This document shows positions 35,661 to 44,877 of a stretch of 54,530 nucleotides of DNA, piece after piece (the stretch's first letter is position 1; each line of letters opens with the position of its first letter). A program made the position numbers and the translations under genes. Origin of the DNA: a virus. Its lineage: Duplodnaviria > Caudoviricetes. The notes below the pieces were generated by a model. The model was not told the origin of the DNA. It saw nothing but the letters and a program-made list of their open reading frames with translations, and ran no database searches. The stretch spans positions 1 through 54,530 of IMG/VR virus record IMGVR_UViG_3300012943_000039; one strand, 5' to 3'.

Positions 35661-36248
35661 GTGATCTCAGAAACCATTCGTACCAATCTGCTCAACAATC
35701 TGCGCGCTGAGCGCCGAAACTACGGCACGCCGATGACGAACGCTGAATGTGTTCAGCTGTTGAACAACGCAGCTGTTCGCACCGGCAACGGCGCCGGTCT
35801 GCTGTCGAAGCCGAGCGGCAACAACGGCATCATTCCCGGGCTCGCAGGTCCCGTGTCTGTTGACTTCATCGTGTTCACTCCGAGCGGCGAGGGCTGGGAC
35901 GTGCTCGGTGACGCCGGCGGCGCGTCAACTGTCGTCGGCGCGATTGGTCCCGAGCCGTCTGAAGTCTTCTCAGCTGATCGCTGGATGGCGCCTGTCAGCG
36001 TGTCGACGCCGGTCCCTGTTCCCGAGCCTGTCCCGACTCCGACACCGGTCCCAACGCCAACGCCGGCGCCTGTCGTCGACTTGTCAGCGGTCTTGACGAG
36101 GCTTCAGGCGATTGAGAATCGTCTTGCGAATATCGAGACAGCGCAGGCGACGACGCTGCAGCATGTCGACGCGTCACGCAACGTCGACCTCGGCATCCCG
36201 TTCCTCGGCACGGCGAAGGGACGCGTCAAGTCATTCAACGAGAAGTAG
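35661..36248 (+). CDS. Protein with globular domain, (PV/PT)n linker and coiled coil
   Basis: AAGGAG RBS, GTG start; GLLSKPSGNN..VDFI..WDVL domain, PVPVPEPVPTPTP linker, LTRLQAIENRLANIE heptads. Confidence 0.7.
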   Translation: MISETIRTNLLNNLRAERRNYGTPMTNAECVQLLNNAAVRTGNGAGLLSKPSGNNGIIPGLAGPVSVDFIVFTPSGEGWDVLGDAGGASTVVGAIGPEPSEVFSADRWMAPVSVSTPVPVPEPVPTPTPVPTPTPAPVVDLSAVLTRLQAIENRLANIETAQATTLQHVDASRNVDLGIPFLGTAKGRVKSFNEK

Positions 36249-36252
36249 TCTC

Positions 36253-36600
36253 GTGAAATTCCAGATCACGGGCGGCGAGTTTCTACGACATGCGCTGAAG
36301 GAGACAGCGAAAGACATGAAGAAGCGAATCAAGAAAAACATGGAGATTCAGCTGCGTATCAACCCGCCCATCATTGACAGGCGTGAAGCTGTCAATCATC
36401 CACGACACTACGGCGGCGCTGACAATCCGTATGAAGCAATCAAGGTCATCGAAGCATGGGACCTGGGTTTTTGTCTCGGCAGCGTCGTCAAATACATCTG
36501 TCGTCACGGCAAGAAAGCCAAGAGCGCACCGATCGAAGACTTGAAGAAAGCGCGTTGGTATCTCGACCGTGAGATTCGACGTCGGGAGGGAACACTGTGA
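36253..36600 (+). CDS. DUF3310 (T7 gp1.7-like nucleotide kinase family)
   Basis: VNHPRHY..EAIKVIE...FCLGSVVKYICR.GKK...EDLKKARWYL. Confidence 0.85.
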   Translation: MKFQITGGEFLRHALKETAKDMKKRIKKNMEIQLRINPPIIDRREAVNHPRHYGGADNPYEAIKVIEAWDLGFCLGSVVKYICRHGKKAKSAPIEDLKKARWYLDREIRRREGTL

Positions 36601-37394
36601 TACCAGTTCTCGATCAAGGCCATGTTCGTCTCGTCAAGCATGACGGGAGCGAAGAAGACATCATCAGGGCGGCGCGTCAAAGCACAAGCGGCGCGTTCAA
36701 GGGCTGGGGCCCGTTCCCGTGTCCTGAATGCGTCGAGGTAGGCAAGCCGTCGAAAGAGGAGTATCAGGGTCCCGGCTCGCTGACTGCGCCTGAATACGTC
36801 AACGTCTGCAAGCGTTGTAAGGGCGAAGGGACAATCGCCGGTGATGAAGGACTCCTTCGTCGTCTCTACAAAGATCATCACATGTCGCCGTTTGAAATGC
36901 TCGACGCGACTTTTGAGATCAAGGCGCCGATCTTCGTCTTTCGTGAGTGGCATCGTCATCGGACGCAGAGCTACAACGAAATGTCCGGCCGCTATGTCGT
37001 GCTGCCGGATGAATACTACATGCCGAGCGTCGAGCGTCTGAGCATCGCGAAGCAGTCAGCGACGAACAAACAGGGCGGCGGCGAGGGTTTGACGTCTGCT
37101 GAAATCGTCGTCATTCAAAGCGCGATGAGCGCCGCTTACAAAAACTCACGTGAGTTCTACGACGGGCTGATCTCACTCGGCGTTGAACGCGGCGTTGCAC
37201 GCTCCGTGCTCCCTGTCGCGCAGTATTCGCAAATGTGGGCCAAGGCGAACTTGCGAAACTGGCTGCAGTTCTTGACGCTGCGCAACGACAGCGCGGCGCA
37301 GTGGGAGATCAGGCAATACGCTATTGCCGTCGAGAAGATTCTTGCCGACCTATTCCCAAACACAATGGCGCTTTACAAGGAAGGACGCTCGTGA
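36597..37394 (+). CDS. thyX: Flavin-dependent thymidylate synthase
   Basis: HMSPFE, PIFV.REWHRHRTQSYNEMSGRY (RHRx7S), AR.VLP, NLRNW..FL.LR...AQWEIR. Confidence 0.95.
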   Translation: MIPVLDQGHVRLVKHDGSEEDIIRAARQSTSGAFKGWGPFPCPECVEVGKPSKEEYQGPGSLTAPEYVNVCKRCKGEGTIAGDEGLLRRLYKDHHMSPFEMLDATFEIKAPIFVFREWHRHRTQSYNEMSGRYVVLPDEYYMPSVERLSIAKQSATNKQGGGEGLTSAEIVVIQSAMSAAYKNSREFYDGLISLGVERGVARSVLPVAQYSQMWAKANLRNWLQFLTLRNDSAAQWEIRQYAIAVEKILADLFPNTMALYKEGRS

Positions 37395-37765
37395 TCAAGT
37401 TCTACGTCGCTGCTCCATACGAGAAGAAAGAAGAGGCGAAGTTACTGCGCTCGTATCTGGAGCGCGAAGGCCTCAAGAACACCGCGCGATGGATTGACAA
37501 GACAGACCCGCTCGACGCGGCAGCTGCAGCGCGTGATCTCGTTGACGTGAAAGACTGTGACGTCCTGATTCTGCTGAGCTTTGAAGAGTTCAGAAACGCA
37601 GGGACAGGCGGACGACATGTCGAGACGGGATACGCGCTCGCGCTGAACATCCCGATCCTTCTTCTCGGTCCGAAGACGAACATCTTTCACGAGCTTCCGG
37701 AGGTCAGGAAGATTCTATTCCCTGACTTGCTCGGCGCTCTGTTGAAGATGAAGCCGCATGACTGA
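37391..37765 (+). CDS. Nucleoside 2-deoxyribosyltransferase / nucleotide N-glycosidase family
   Basis: FYVAAPY, DLVDVKDCDVLI, GRHVETGYALALNIPI (catalytic Glu). Confidence 0.8.
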   Translation: MIKFYVAAPYEKKEEAKLLRSYLEREGLKNTARWIDKTDPLDAAAAARDLVDVKDCDVLILLSFEEFRNAGTGGRHVETGYALALNIPILLLGPKTNIFHELPEVRKILFPDLLGALLKMKPHD

Positions 37766-38588
37766 ACTTTCTCATGACGCGCTCGCGCGTTCGCTCGCAG
37801 ACCATTTGCGCAGCGAACAGCGTATGACGTGGTGTGACATACAGCTTGGGCCGTCAGGATCTCCCCGGCCTGACGTCTACACGATTAACAAGTCGTATGT
37901 CAGTCCGATGCCGTTGGCCTATGAATGCAAGGTCTCGACGTCAGACTTTCGCGGAGACATCACGTCAGGTAAATGGCAGTCGTATCTCCGGTATGCGACC
38001 GGCGTTTACTTCGCGAGCGCGTCTGACTTGCTGTCGAAAGAACTCGTACCGGACCATTGTGGTCTCATCGTTCGGCACGAATCGGGGACGTGGCGCGTTG
38101 CGAAGCGCGCCACGTTGCGCCCTGTCACAGTCCCGCAAGAGGCGCTAATCAAGCTGCTGATTGATGGCGTCGAGCGTGAAGGACCGATATACCGCGCTCG
38201 TCGTTGGAGCGAGTCGCTTGCACTCGAAAGGTTCCGGGAGAAGTTCGGCAAGAACGCTGCGAAGGTGCTCAGCGACTTGAACGCTGCAGAATACGAGCTA
38301 GACGCAAGTCAGCGCCAAGCGACACGCATTGTTGAGGCTGCTCACGAGTCCGCGAAAGCGATTCGTTCAGAGGCCTCCGAGCAGATTACGCCGTTACGCG
38401 CTGAGCTATGCGCTATGCTAGGCTTAGAACCTGGCGCTGATCGCTACCAGATCAGCAACGCGATTGCAGAGCTACGACGTGCGCTGAAAGAACATCCGGC
38501 GATTGGTCAACACAAAACGCTGACGAACGTTCTACGACGTGCGCTAGACTCATACGGGCATAGAGAAGACGATGATCACAGAGCTTGA
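37758..38588 (+). CDS. MmcB-like PD-(D/E)xK nuclease-domain protein
   Basis: RPDV...YECKVSTSDFRGD...KWQSY...GLI, followed by a coiled coil. Confidence 0.75.
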   Translation: MTELSHDALARSLADHLRSEQRMTWCDIQLGPSGSPRPDVYTINKSYVSPMPLAYECKVSTSDFRGDITSGKWQSYLRYATGVYFASASDLLSKELVPDHCGLIVRHESGTWRVAKRATLRPVTVPQEALIKLLIDGVEREGPIYRARRWSESLALERFREKFGKNAAKVLSDLNAAEYELDASQRQATRIVEAAHESAKAIRSEASEQITPLRAELCAMLGLEPGADRYQISNAIAELRRALKEHPAIGQHKTLTNVLRRALDSYGHREDDDHRA

Positions 38589-40200
38589 TTTCTCCCTGTC
38601 GCGCATCCCGCCGTATAAACATCAGCGGGAAGACACGCTAGAAATGGTGAACCATCCATTTCTGTTCATTACGTCGGAAATGCGTACCGGGAAGACGAAG
38701 ATCGTCATCGACGCTGCTCAGTTCTTGTTCAAGCTCGGGCTCATCAATCGCGTCATCGTCGTTGGTCCTGAACCTGTTCGCGGCGTCTGGTTCGATCCGA
38801 ATACAGGTCAGCTGAAAAAGCACCTATGGCGCGAGACGTCTGCCTGGGTCACTGAGTATCATTCAGACGTGCGTCAGTGGCGTTGGGGTCCCGAGCCTGA
38901 AGGGACGAACGTCCTGAAGTTCGTCGTCACGAATTACGAGTTCTTGCGCCCTTACACTGACAAGAATCAGAACGTCATCGACGCGAATCTGAAAGGGCTG
39001 CTGCCGTATGCAACGCCTAAAACGCTGCTCGTTCTCGACGAGTCAGGCGCGATCACCAATCACAAGTCAGAGCAATACAAGTCGTGTTACAAGATTCGGA
39101 AGAAGTGCGGTCGCGTCGTGTTGCTGAATGGCACGCCGATGGATACGCCGTTGCATCTGTTCGCGCAAGGGAACATGTTGCACGAAAGCATCCTGGAATG
39201 TCCCTACATCACGCATTTCAAAGCGCGACACGCCATCATGGGCGGGTTCAAAGTCGGAGCGGTCCGCAAGAAGCACGCTGACGGCAGCGTGTCATTCGAG
39301 GGCGGGCGACCGACGCAGATTATCGGGTGGACGAACCTTGAAGATCTTCAGCGACGATTCGCGCCCTACACGATTCGACGTCTGCAGAAAAACTGTCTTG
39401 ATATCCCGCCGAAGCTGGAGCCGGTCACGATACCTGTCACGATGTCCCAGACGTCGTGGCGTGCGTATTGCGACATGCGCGATGAAATGGTTGTCATGCT
39501 TGAGGGCGGCAACGCGAGTATCGCTCAACAGCAGATTACTAAGATCATGCGACTGGCGCAGATCACGAGCGGCTTTCTCGGCGGCATCGCTGACGCCGGT
39601 CTGAGCGATGACGACGCTATCCCTGTCGCGAACGTGCGTGAGATCGGACGTGAAAAGCTCGACTTGGTGCTGTGGCTGACACGCACGCAGATTGAAAAGG
39701 ATCCGAATCTGAAGATCGTCGTCTGGGTGCGCTTCAAGCCCGAGCTTGATCGAATGCTCGCAGCTGTGCGCAAACAATTCCCACAAATGATTGTCGCCGG
39801 CATCTCCGGCGGTCAGAAGAAAGCTGAGCGCAAAGACGCGCTTGAACTGCTGAACCCTGACACGGCGCCTGAAGGTCCCGTCTTCTTCGCTGGCACGTTC
39901 GGCACAGGGAGCTTTGGACTCGACTTCAGCGCGTCACATACGAACGTCAACTGTTCGTATGACTACAGCTTGAGAAAGTTCTTGCAGGCAGGAGATCGCG
40001 TCTACGGACCGGGACAGAAGCATCCTGTCAGTTACTTCGATCTCGTCGCGCGTGGTCCGAAGGGACAGCGCACGATTGATGACATCATTCTGACTGCTCG
40101 ACGCGGCAAGGCGAACATCTCCGATTGGACGACAGCAGCTTGGGTGCGAGCACTGCGCGACGAAGACAGCCCGCTAAACCAAATTGACCTAAGTGCTTGA
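38572..40200 (+). CDS. SNF2-family helicase
   Basis: EMRTGKT, TNYE, LDES, LNGTP, GSFGLDF, QAGDRVY motifs. Confidence 0.88.
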   Translation: MITELDFSLSRIPPYKHQREDTLEMVNHPFLFITSEMRTGKTKIVIDAAQFLFKLGLINRVIVVGPEPVRGVWFDPNTGQLKKHLWRETSAWVTEYHSDVRQWRWGPEPEGTNVLKFVVTNYEFLRPYTDKNQNVIDANLKGLLPYATPKTLLVLDESGAITNHKSEQYKSCYKIRKKCGRVVLLNGTPMDTPLHLFAQGNMLHESILECPYITHFKARHAIMGGFKVGAVRKKHADGSVSFEGGRPTQIIGWTNLEDLQRRFAPYTIRRLQKNCLDIPPKLEPVTIPVTMSQTSWRAYCDMRDEMVVMLEGGNASIAQQQITKIMRLAQITSGFLGGIADAGLSDDDAIPVANVREIGREKLDLVLWLTRTQIEKDPNLKIVVWVRFKPELDRMLAAVRKQFPQMIVAGISGGQKKAERKDALELLNPDTAPEGPVFFAGTFGTGSFGLDFSASHTNVNCSYDYSLRKFLQAGDRVYGPGQKHPVSYFDLVARGPKGQRTIDDIILTARRGKANISDWTTAAWVRALRDEDSPLNQIDLSA

Positions 40201-40253
40201 TTTGCAATGACTTACGAATGTCCTTGCATCGAAAACGCTGGAAACACTATACT
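40190..40253 (+). promoter_or_regulatory. Palindrome copy 2 plus sigma70-type promoter
   Basis: TAAGTGCTTGATTTGCAATGACTTA (40190-40214), then TTGCAT-18-TATACT (40224-40253). Confidence 0.65.
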
Positions 40254-40312
40254 TTCGTGAGAGTCGAACTCGCGCAACGGTACGCGATTCGCACACTGGG
40301 AGCCACAACGAT

Positions 40313-41845
40313 ATGGCGACTGTCGAAACGTCCTTCACTGAACGCGTCTGGTCTGATTTTCAAGAAGCAATCTTCGTCGAGTATGTGACGGGAAGTCGTC
40401 ACATCATCGTCCGCGCTCGCGCCGGCACCGGCAAGACGACAACCATCGTCGAAGCTGTCAAGCGACTCCTCAAGGCGCATCCCAACCGCGTCGTCATCGT
40501 CTGCGCGTTCAACAAGAACATTGCCGAAGAACTCAACAAGCGGTTCAGCGGCTTCAACGTCGTCGTCAAGACGCTCCACGCTATCGGACTGAACTGCGTC
40601 AAGCGTTTCTGGGAAGACATCAAGGTCAGCTTCGGACCTGAACGCGCTGACGATCTCGCGCAGCGCGCCTGCGGCATCACTGCTCCTGACGCAATCAAGA
40701 AGCTCGTCGCGAAGTTGCACACGAAGGGACGCGAGATCGCGCCTCACGCGCGCACTGGCGCTGAACTGATGGACATCGCGGTTCGTTTCGAGTGTGAACC
40801 CGAAGAATCCTGGGCTCGCGACGGATTCGGGCTCGATTACGTCTGCGACAAGGCAGCTGTCGCGATGGAGTTTGCAGCGTCAGAGAAACCCACCAAGACT
40901 GGCATCGACGGCAGCGACATGATTTTCCTGCCTGTGCGTAATCGCTGGTTGCATCCCATGTGTGATGACGTCGTGGTCGACGAAGCTCAGGACATGACGC
41001 CTGCGCAGCTTGAGATCGCGCAAGGCATCGTGAAGAGTGACGCGAACGGCGGACGCATCATGATCGTTGGCGACGACAAGCAAGCGATCTACGGCTTTCG
41101 CGGCGCTGACAGTGACTCGCTCGACCGTCTGAAAGCTGAACTGAACGCTTACGAGTTGCCGCTCAACATCACGTACCGTTGCGGACAGAGCATCGTCCGC
41201 GAAGCTCAGCGTTACGTTCCCGACTTCGCGGCGGGTCCTGCGAACGCTGAAGGTGTCGTCGAAGATCTCTTCATGTCGAAGCTCGTTGCGACTGCGGGAC
41301 CTGGTGACTTCATCCTGTCGCGCATCAATGCGCCGCTCGTGTCTGTCGCGATGTCTCTTCTTCGCAACGGCAAGCGCACGCGCATTGCCGGTCGTGACAT
41401 CGGCGCCGGGCTTGTCTCGCTGCTTCGCAAGTTCCGAGCGCGCAGCGTTCCTCAGCTGCTCGAAAAGATCGAGTCGTGGAAAGAACGCGAGATTGCGCGA
41501 CTCGACGCACGCTTCCCGCCCAACAAGCGCGATAACTCGACGTATACCGCTCGTCTCGACGGCATCCGCGACCAAGCGGAAATGCTCGTCTCGCTGACTG
41601 ACGGCGCCCCGAGCGTGACCGAAGTCGAATCGCGCATTACTGCGCTCTTCACTGACGACGGACTCGGGGCAGCTGGGATGATTACGTGCTCGTCGGTCCA
41701 CAAGTCGAAGGGGCTGGAAGCTGATCGCGTGTTCATTCTCGTCGACACGCTGCGCGATTCGAACAGCGAAGAGCGCAACATCAATTACGTTGCGATCACG
41801 CGCGCTAAGTCGCGTCTCGTCTACGTGACGAAGGACGCAGAGTAA
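40313..41845 (+). CDS. UvrD/REP-family SF1 helicase
   Basis: ARAGTGKT, VDEAQD, VGDDKQAIYGFRGA, YRC, VHKSKGLE, YVAITRA. Confidence 0.92.
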   Translation: MATVETSFTERVWSDFQEAIFVEYVTGSRHIIVRARAGTGKTTTIVEAVKRLLKAHPNRVVIVCAFNKNIAEELNKRFSGFNVVVKTLHAIGLNCVKRFWEDIKVSFGPERADDLAQRACGITAPDAIKKLVAKLHTKGREIAPHARTGAELMDIAVRFECEPEESWARDGFGLDYVCDKAAVAMEFAASEKPTKTGIDGSDMIFLPVRNRWLHPMCDDVVVDEAQDMTPAQLEIAQGIVKSDANGGRIMIVGDDKQAIYGFRGADSDSLDRLKAELNAYELPLNITYRCGQSIVREAQRYVPDFAAGPANAEGVVEDLFMSKLVATAGPGDFILSRINAPLVSVAMSLLRNGKRTRIAGRDIGAGLVSLLRKFRARSVPQLLEKIESWKEREIARLDARFPPNKRDNSTYTARLDGIRDQAEMLVSLTDGAPSVTEVESRITALFTDDGLGAAGMITCSSVHKSKGLEADRVFILVDTLRDSNSEERNINYVAITRAKSRLVYVTKDAE

Positions 41846-42150
41846 TGACCAAAGAACTTGCGCTTCATCACGCTCTGACGACGCTCGTCAATCAAGTCCG
41901 CACACTCGACGCGGCGACAGTTGAAAGACTGTCGCCCGTCCTGCGCACGTGTGACGCGTTGCTTGCACCTGAAGTCGTCGTTCAGCCCAAGAGCAAACCG
42001 TTTACCGCGGCGCAACATTACGAATGGGAAGCCGGTCGCTGGGGACAGAACGCGATCACTTACATACGCGATGGCAACGAAGAACTGGCATACGAGTGCG
42101 CTAAGCTCGCATTCGACTACGCTGAACAAGCGTTGACGCTACGTCGATGA
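41845..42150 (+). CDS. Hypothetical protein
   Basis: TAATG coupling; 101 aa. Confidence 0.6.
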   Translation: MTKELALHHALTTLVNQVRTLDAATVERLSPVLRTCDALLAPEVVVQPKSKPFTAAQHYEWEAGRWGQNAITYIRDGNEELAYECAKLAFDYAEQALTLRR

Positions 42151-42410
42151 CGTCACTACACGCGCGCCGCGGCAAGATTATCGAGCGTATCATCGCCGCT
42201 CGAAAGCTCGCGCTGTCGTTAGGCACTGTGCCTAATCGCATGAAGATGCCGACAGGTGACTTTCTGGAGTTGACGTTCTGGATCGCGGAGAATCTTGAGA
42301 ACGATCCGATCCTGGGCTTTCAGCCATTCGGAGATGTCATCTTCGGCATGAAGTTCTCAGAAGACGCAACACTGACAGATCTTGTCTTGACGACGGAGGA
42401 CCCGCTATGA
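42147..42410 (+). CDS. Hypothetical protein (paralog of 45931-46158)
   Basis: Shared PNxxK...ENDPxLGFxPFGxxIFGM. Confidence 0.65.
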   Translation: MTSLHARRGKIIERIIAARKLALSLGTVPNRMKMPTGDFLELTFWIAENLENDPILGFQPFGDVIFGMKFSEDATLTDLVLTTEDPL

Positions 42411-42565
42411 CTGTGAAGGAGTTGATCGCGCAGCTGAAAGACAAACCTGAAGACGCAACCGTATACATCTCGCGCAATGACGGCGACGATGTTCATGAGA
42501 TTTTCGACGTCTCGCTGAGCGAAGATGCTCCAGACTCGGAAGTCTACATCGACTGCAACGAGTAG
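42407..42565 (+). CDS. Small acidic protein (52 aa)
   Basis: GGAGG RBS; MTVKELIAQLKDKPEDATVYI is a common phage N-terminus. Confidence 0.65.
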   Translation: MTVKELIAQLKDKPEDATVYISRNDGDDVHEIFDVSLSEDAPDSEVYIDCNE

Positions 42566-42572
42566 GGACAAC

Positions 42573-43151
42573 ATGGCGAAAAAGCAACCAGGGAAGTATG
42601 ACGGGCATCTTCACAAACTGACGCGAATCGTCAGCACTGAACCGCCCGCATATCAAGAGCGCGTCGAGCTTCGCAAGTCTGAGCTTCGCGAAGAGTTCAA
42701 CGGACAGCCGCCGGCAGCGATGGCAAATCGCTATCGCACGACACGCGCTGAAATCGACGAGCTTGAAGCGCAGGTCAGCAAGAAGAATCTTGAGCTTGAG
42801 GCAGTCTCTCAGCTGCTCGTCGAGTCACAAGAGCAAGGCGCCGAGGGATGGGGACAATACGGCGCGTCGGAGACGACGCTGCGACTCATCGACGGCGATT
42901 CGCTGCGCGTTCAGCCCGAGCCGTATACCGCGACAGAAGATCGCGACGTGTTGCGCGCTCACTTCTTGAATCACGCGGACTTGATTCGTCATCTCGCGCC
43001 GCCATGGGCGACGATCAACGCGCTCAACAAGGAGCGTCTCCTGAACGGCGAAACTGAGCTTCCAGGAACGAAGCTCTACGTCAAGACCAAGATCGTTTAC
43101 ACGGCGAACAAGCCCACGAAACGCAAGGACGATTTGGCGGGTGACCTGTGA
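42573..43151 (+). CDS. Coiled-coil protein of the recombination/replication cluster
   Basis: Coiled coil followed by W.TINAL.KERL.NGE.ELPG. Confidence 0.6.
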   Translation: MAKKQPGKYDGHLHKLTRIVSTEPPAYQERVELRKSELREEFNGQPPAAMANRYRTTRAEIDELEAQVSKKNLELEAVSQLLVESQEQGAEGWGQYGASETTLRLIDGDSLRVQPEPYTATEDRDVLRAHFLNHADLIRHLAPPWATINALNKERLLNGETELPGTKLYVKTKIVYTANKPTKRKDDLAGDL

Positions 43152-43477
43152 GCGTCAACATCGAACGTATCAGCATGACGCTTGCGCAGCTGGATCAAGC
43201 GTTGCAAGACGTGCCGGCAGACGAAAGCGCATTGCCGTTCAGTCTGCCAACAATCAACGACGAGGACAAGATCCGTCTCGTCGTTGAAGAAGCGATGCCG
43301 AAGGAAATCGACGAGGACGTTAAGGACAAACTCGTCGAAGCCCTGATGACGCACTTCAACGACGTTGCCGAGAAGTGCGACGACATTCTTGAAGAAGGGC
43401 GCATCACGCGCAAAGAGATCGTCGACATGTTGACGCTATGGCAGTCCGTCAACAACAGCCTTGAGGGGAAATCATGA
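43148..43477 (+). CDS. Acidic hypothetical protein
   Basis: GTGA coupling; 109 aa. Confidence 0.6.
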   Translation: MSVNIERISMTLAQLDQALQDVPADESALPFSLPTINDEDKIRLVVEEAMPKEIDEDVKDKLVEALMTHFNDVAEKCDDILEEGRITRKEIVDMLTLWQSVNNSLEGKS

Positions 43478-44871
43478 GTCTTCGTGTCGTCTCACTGGAA
43501 GCACAGAACGTGCTCCGTCTGTCAGCTGTCGAGATCAAATGGGACGCCGATCAGTCTGTGCTGACGGTCGGCGGCGCGAACGGCGCCGGTAAGTCGAGTG
43601 CGCTGAACTGCGTTGCCATGGCGCTCGGTGGCGCTGCGCTCTGTCCCGCTGAACCGCTCAAGCGCGGTGAACTCAAAGGACACGTCAGTCTTGATCTCGG
43701 AGACTTGCGTATCCGTCGCGAGTTCTCACGCGAGAAACTGCCTTGTTCTTGCGGTGTCGTCGCAGACAACGGCGCGACGGTCATCGAAGATCACAAAGAG
43801 ACATGCGCGCTGAGAACTGGAGCACTCAGCGAGACCAAGTCTCGGCTCGTCGTCAAGAACGCTGATGACATCACGCAAGGTACCCCGCAAGCGATTCTTG
43901 ACAAGCTGGTCGGGCGTATGACGTTTGACCCGATGGCGTTCGTCAACGAAGAACCGGCGCGTCAGGAAGAGATTCTTCGCAAAATCGTCAACATCGACGT
44001 CAGCAAGTTCGAAATCGACCGCAAGACGGCATACGAACGGCGCACTGTGTTCAATCGTCAGCACAAGGACGCGCTCGTTCAGATCGAAGCAATGCCGCAC
44101 TTCGACGATGCGCCGACCGAAGAACTATCCATGGACGAAGTGTCTGACATCATGCGTCGACACGACGAGTTGCGCGCAGCTGCCACAGTCGCGGCAACGA
44201 ACTTCGCGAGTTGTCGCAAAGAGCACGATAACTGGATGCGTGCTGAGCAGACATGGAAAGACAAGGTCGAGCAGCTGGAAAACGAGCTTGCAGGCGCACG
44301 TGCCGCGCTGAGCAATCTGCAAGCTGAGGGAGTCGGCATCAAGACTGCGCTCGACAACGCTCAGAAAGCGGAAGTTGCGGCGAACGTGGCGCTGCCTGAC
44401 TCGTCTGAAGTTCGCGAGCGTATCGCACAGATCGAGGCGACGAACACGCGCGTTCGTGCCAATCGTGCGTACCTCAAGGCAGTCGACGCAGCGACCGAGA
44501 TTGCCAAGAAGATTGGCGACGAGACGCTGACGATTCAAACGGCTGAGAATGCGAAGCGCGATGCGTTGCGCGCTGTCGTCTTCCCTGTCGCCGGGCTCGG
44601 TCTGTCTGATGACGTCGGCGTGACGTTCAACGACATTCCATTCAAGCAAGCGAGCACGGCACAACAGCTGCGAGTCAGCACCGCAATCGGATTCGCACTC
44701 CATCCGAAGCTCAAGTTGTTGCTGGTGCGCAACGGCAACGCGCTCGACGACGACAGCTTGAAGATCATCGCTGACGAAGCGCGCGCCGCTGGCGGTCAGA
44801 TTCTCATGGAATACGTGACGAAGAACGCGTCAGACGTGTCAGTCTTCATTGAAGACGGTCACAACGCGTGA
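43474..44871 (+). CDS. SMC/Rad50-like ATPase
   Basis: GANGAGKSS Walker A, long coiled coil, ASTAQQ signature, LLVRNGNALD degenerate Walker B/D-loop. Confidence 0.85.
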   Translation: MSLRVVSLEAQNVLRLSAVEIKWDADQSVLTVGGANGAGKSSALNCVAMALGGAALCPAEPLKRGELKGHVSLDLGDLRIRREFSREKLPCSCGVVADNGATVIEDHKETCALRTGALSETKSRLVVKNADDITQGTPQAILDKLVGRMTFDPMAFVNEEPARQEEILRKIVNIDVSKFEIDRKTAYERRTVFNRQHKDALVQIEAMPHFDDAPTEELSMDEVSDIMRRHDELRAAATVAATNFASCRKEHDNWMRAEQTWKDKVEQLENELAGARAALSNLQAEGVGIKTALDNAQKAEVAANVALPDSSEVRERIAQIEATNTRVRANRAYLKAVDAATEIAKKIGDETLTIQTAENAKRDALRAVVFPVAGLGLSDDVGVTFNDIPFKQASTAQQLRVSTAIGFALHPKLKLLLVRNGNALDDDSLKIIADEARAAGGQILMEYVTKNASDVSVFIEDGHNA

Positions 44872-44877
44872 TAGAGT
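44849..44877 (+). promoter_or_regulatory. Sigma70-type promoter
   Basis: TTGAAG-17-TAGAGT with extended TG; shares CGCGTGnTAGAGTC with the promoter at 21446-21474. Confidence 0.65.

Noticed and set aside
36000-36075. Tandem DNA repeat
   Set aside because: Degenerate codons for a Pro/Thr/Val protein linker, not a nucleotide-level repeat element.
27492-37394. Canonical hmU thymidine hypermodification or 7-deazaguanine pathway
   Set aside because: No recognisable dCMP deaminase, hmdUMP synthase, hmU kinase, amino acid:DNA transferase, FolE/QueD/QueE/QueC or DpdA.
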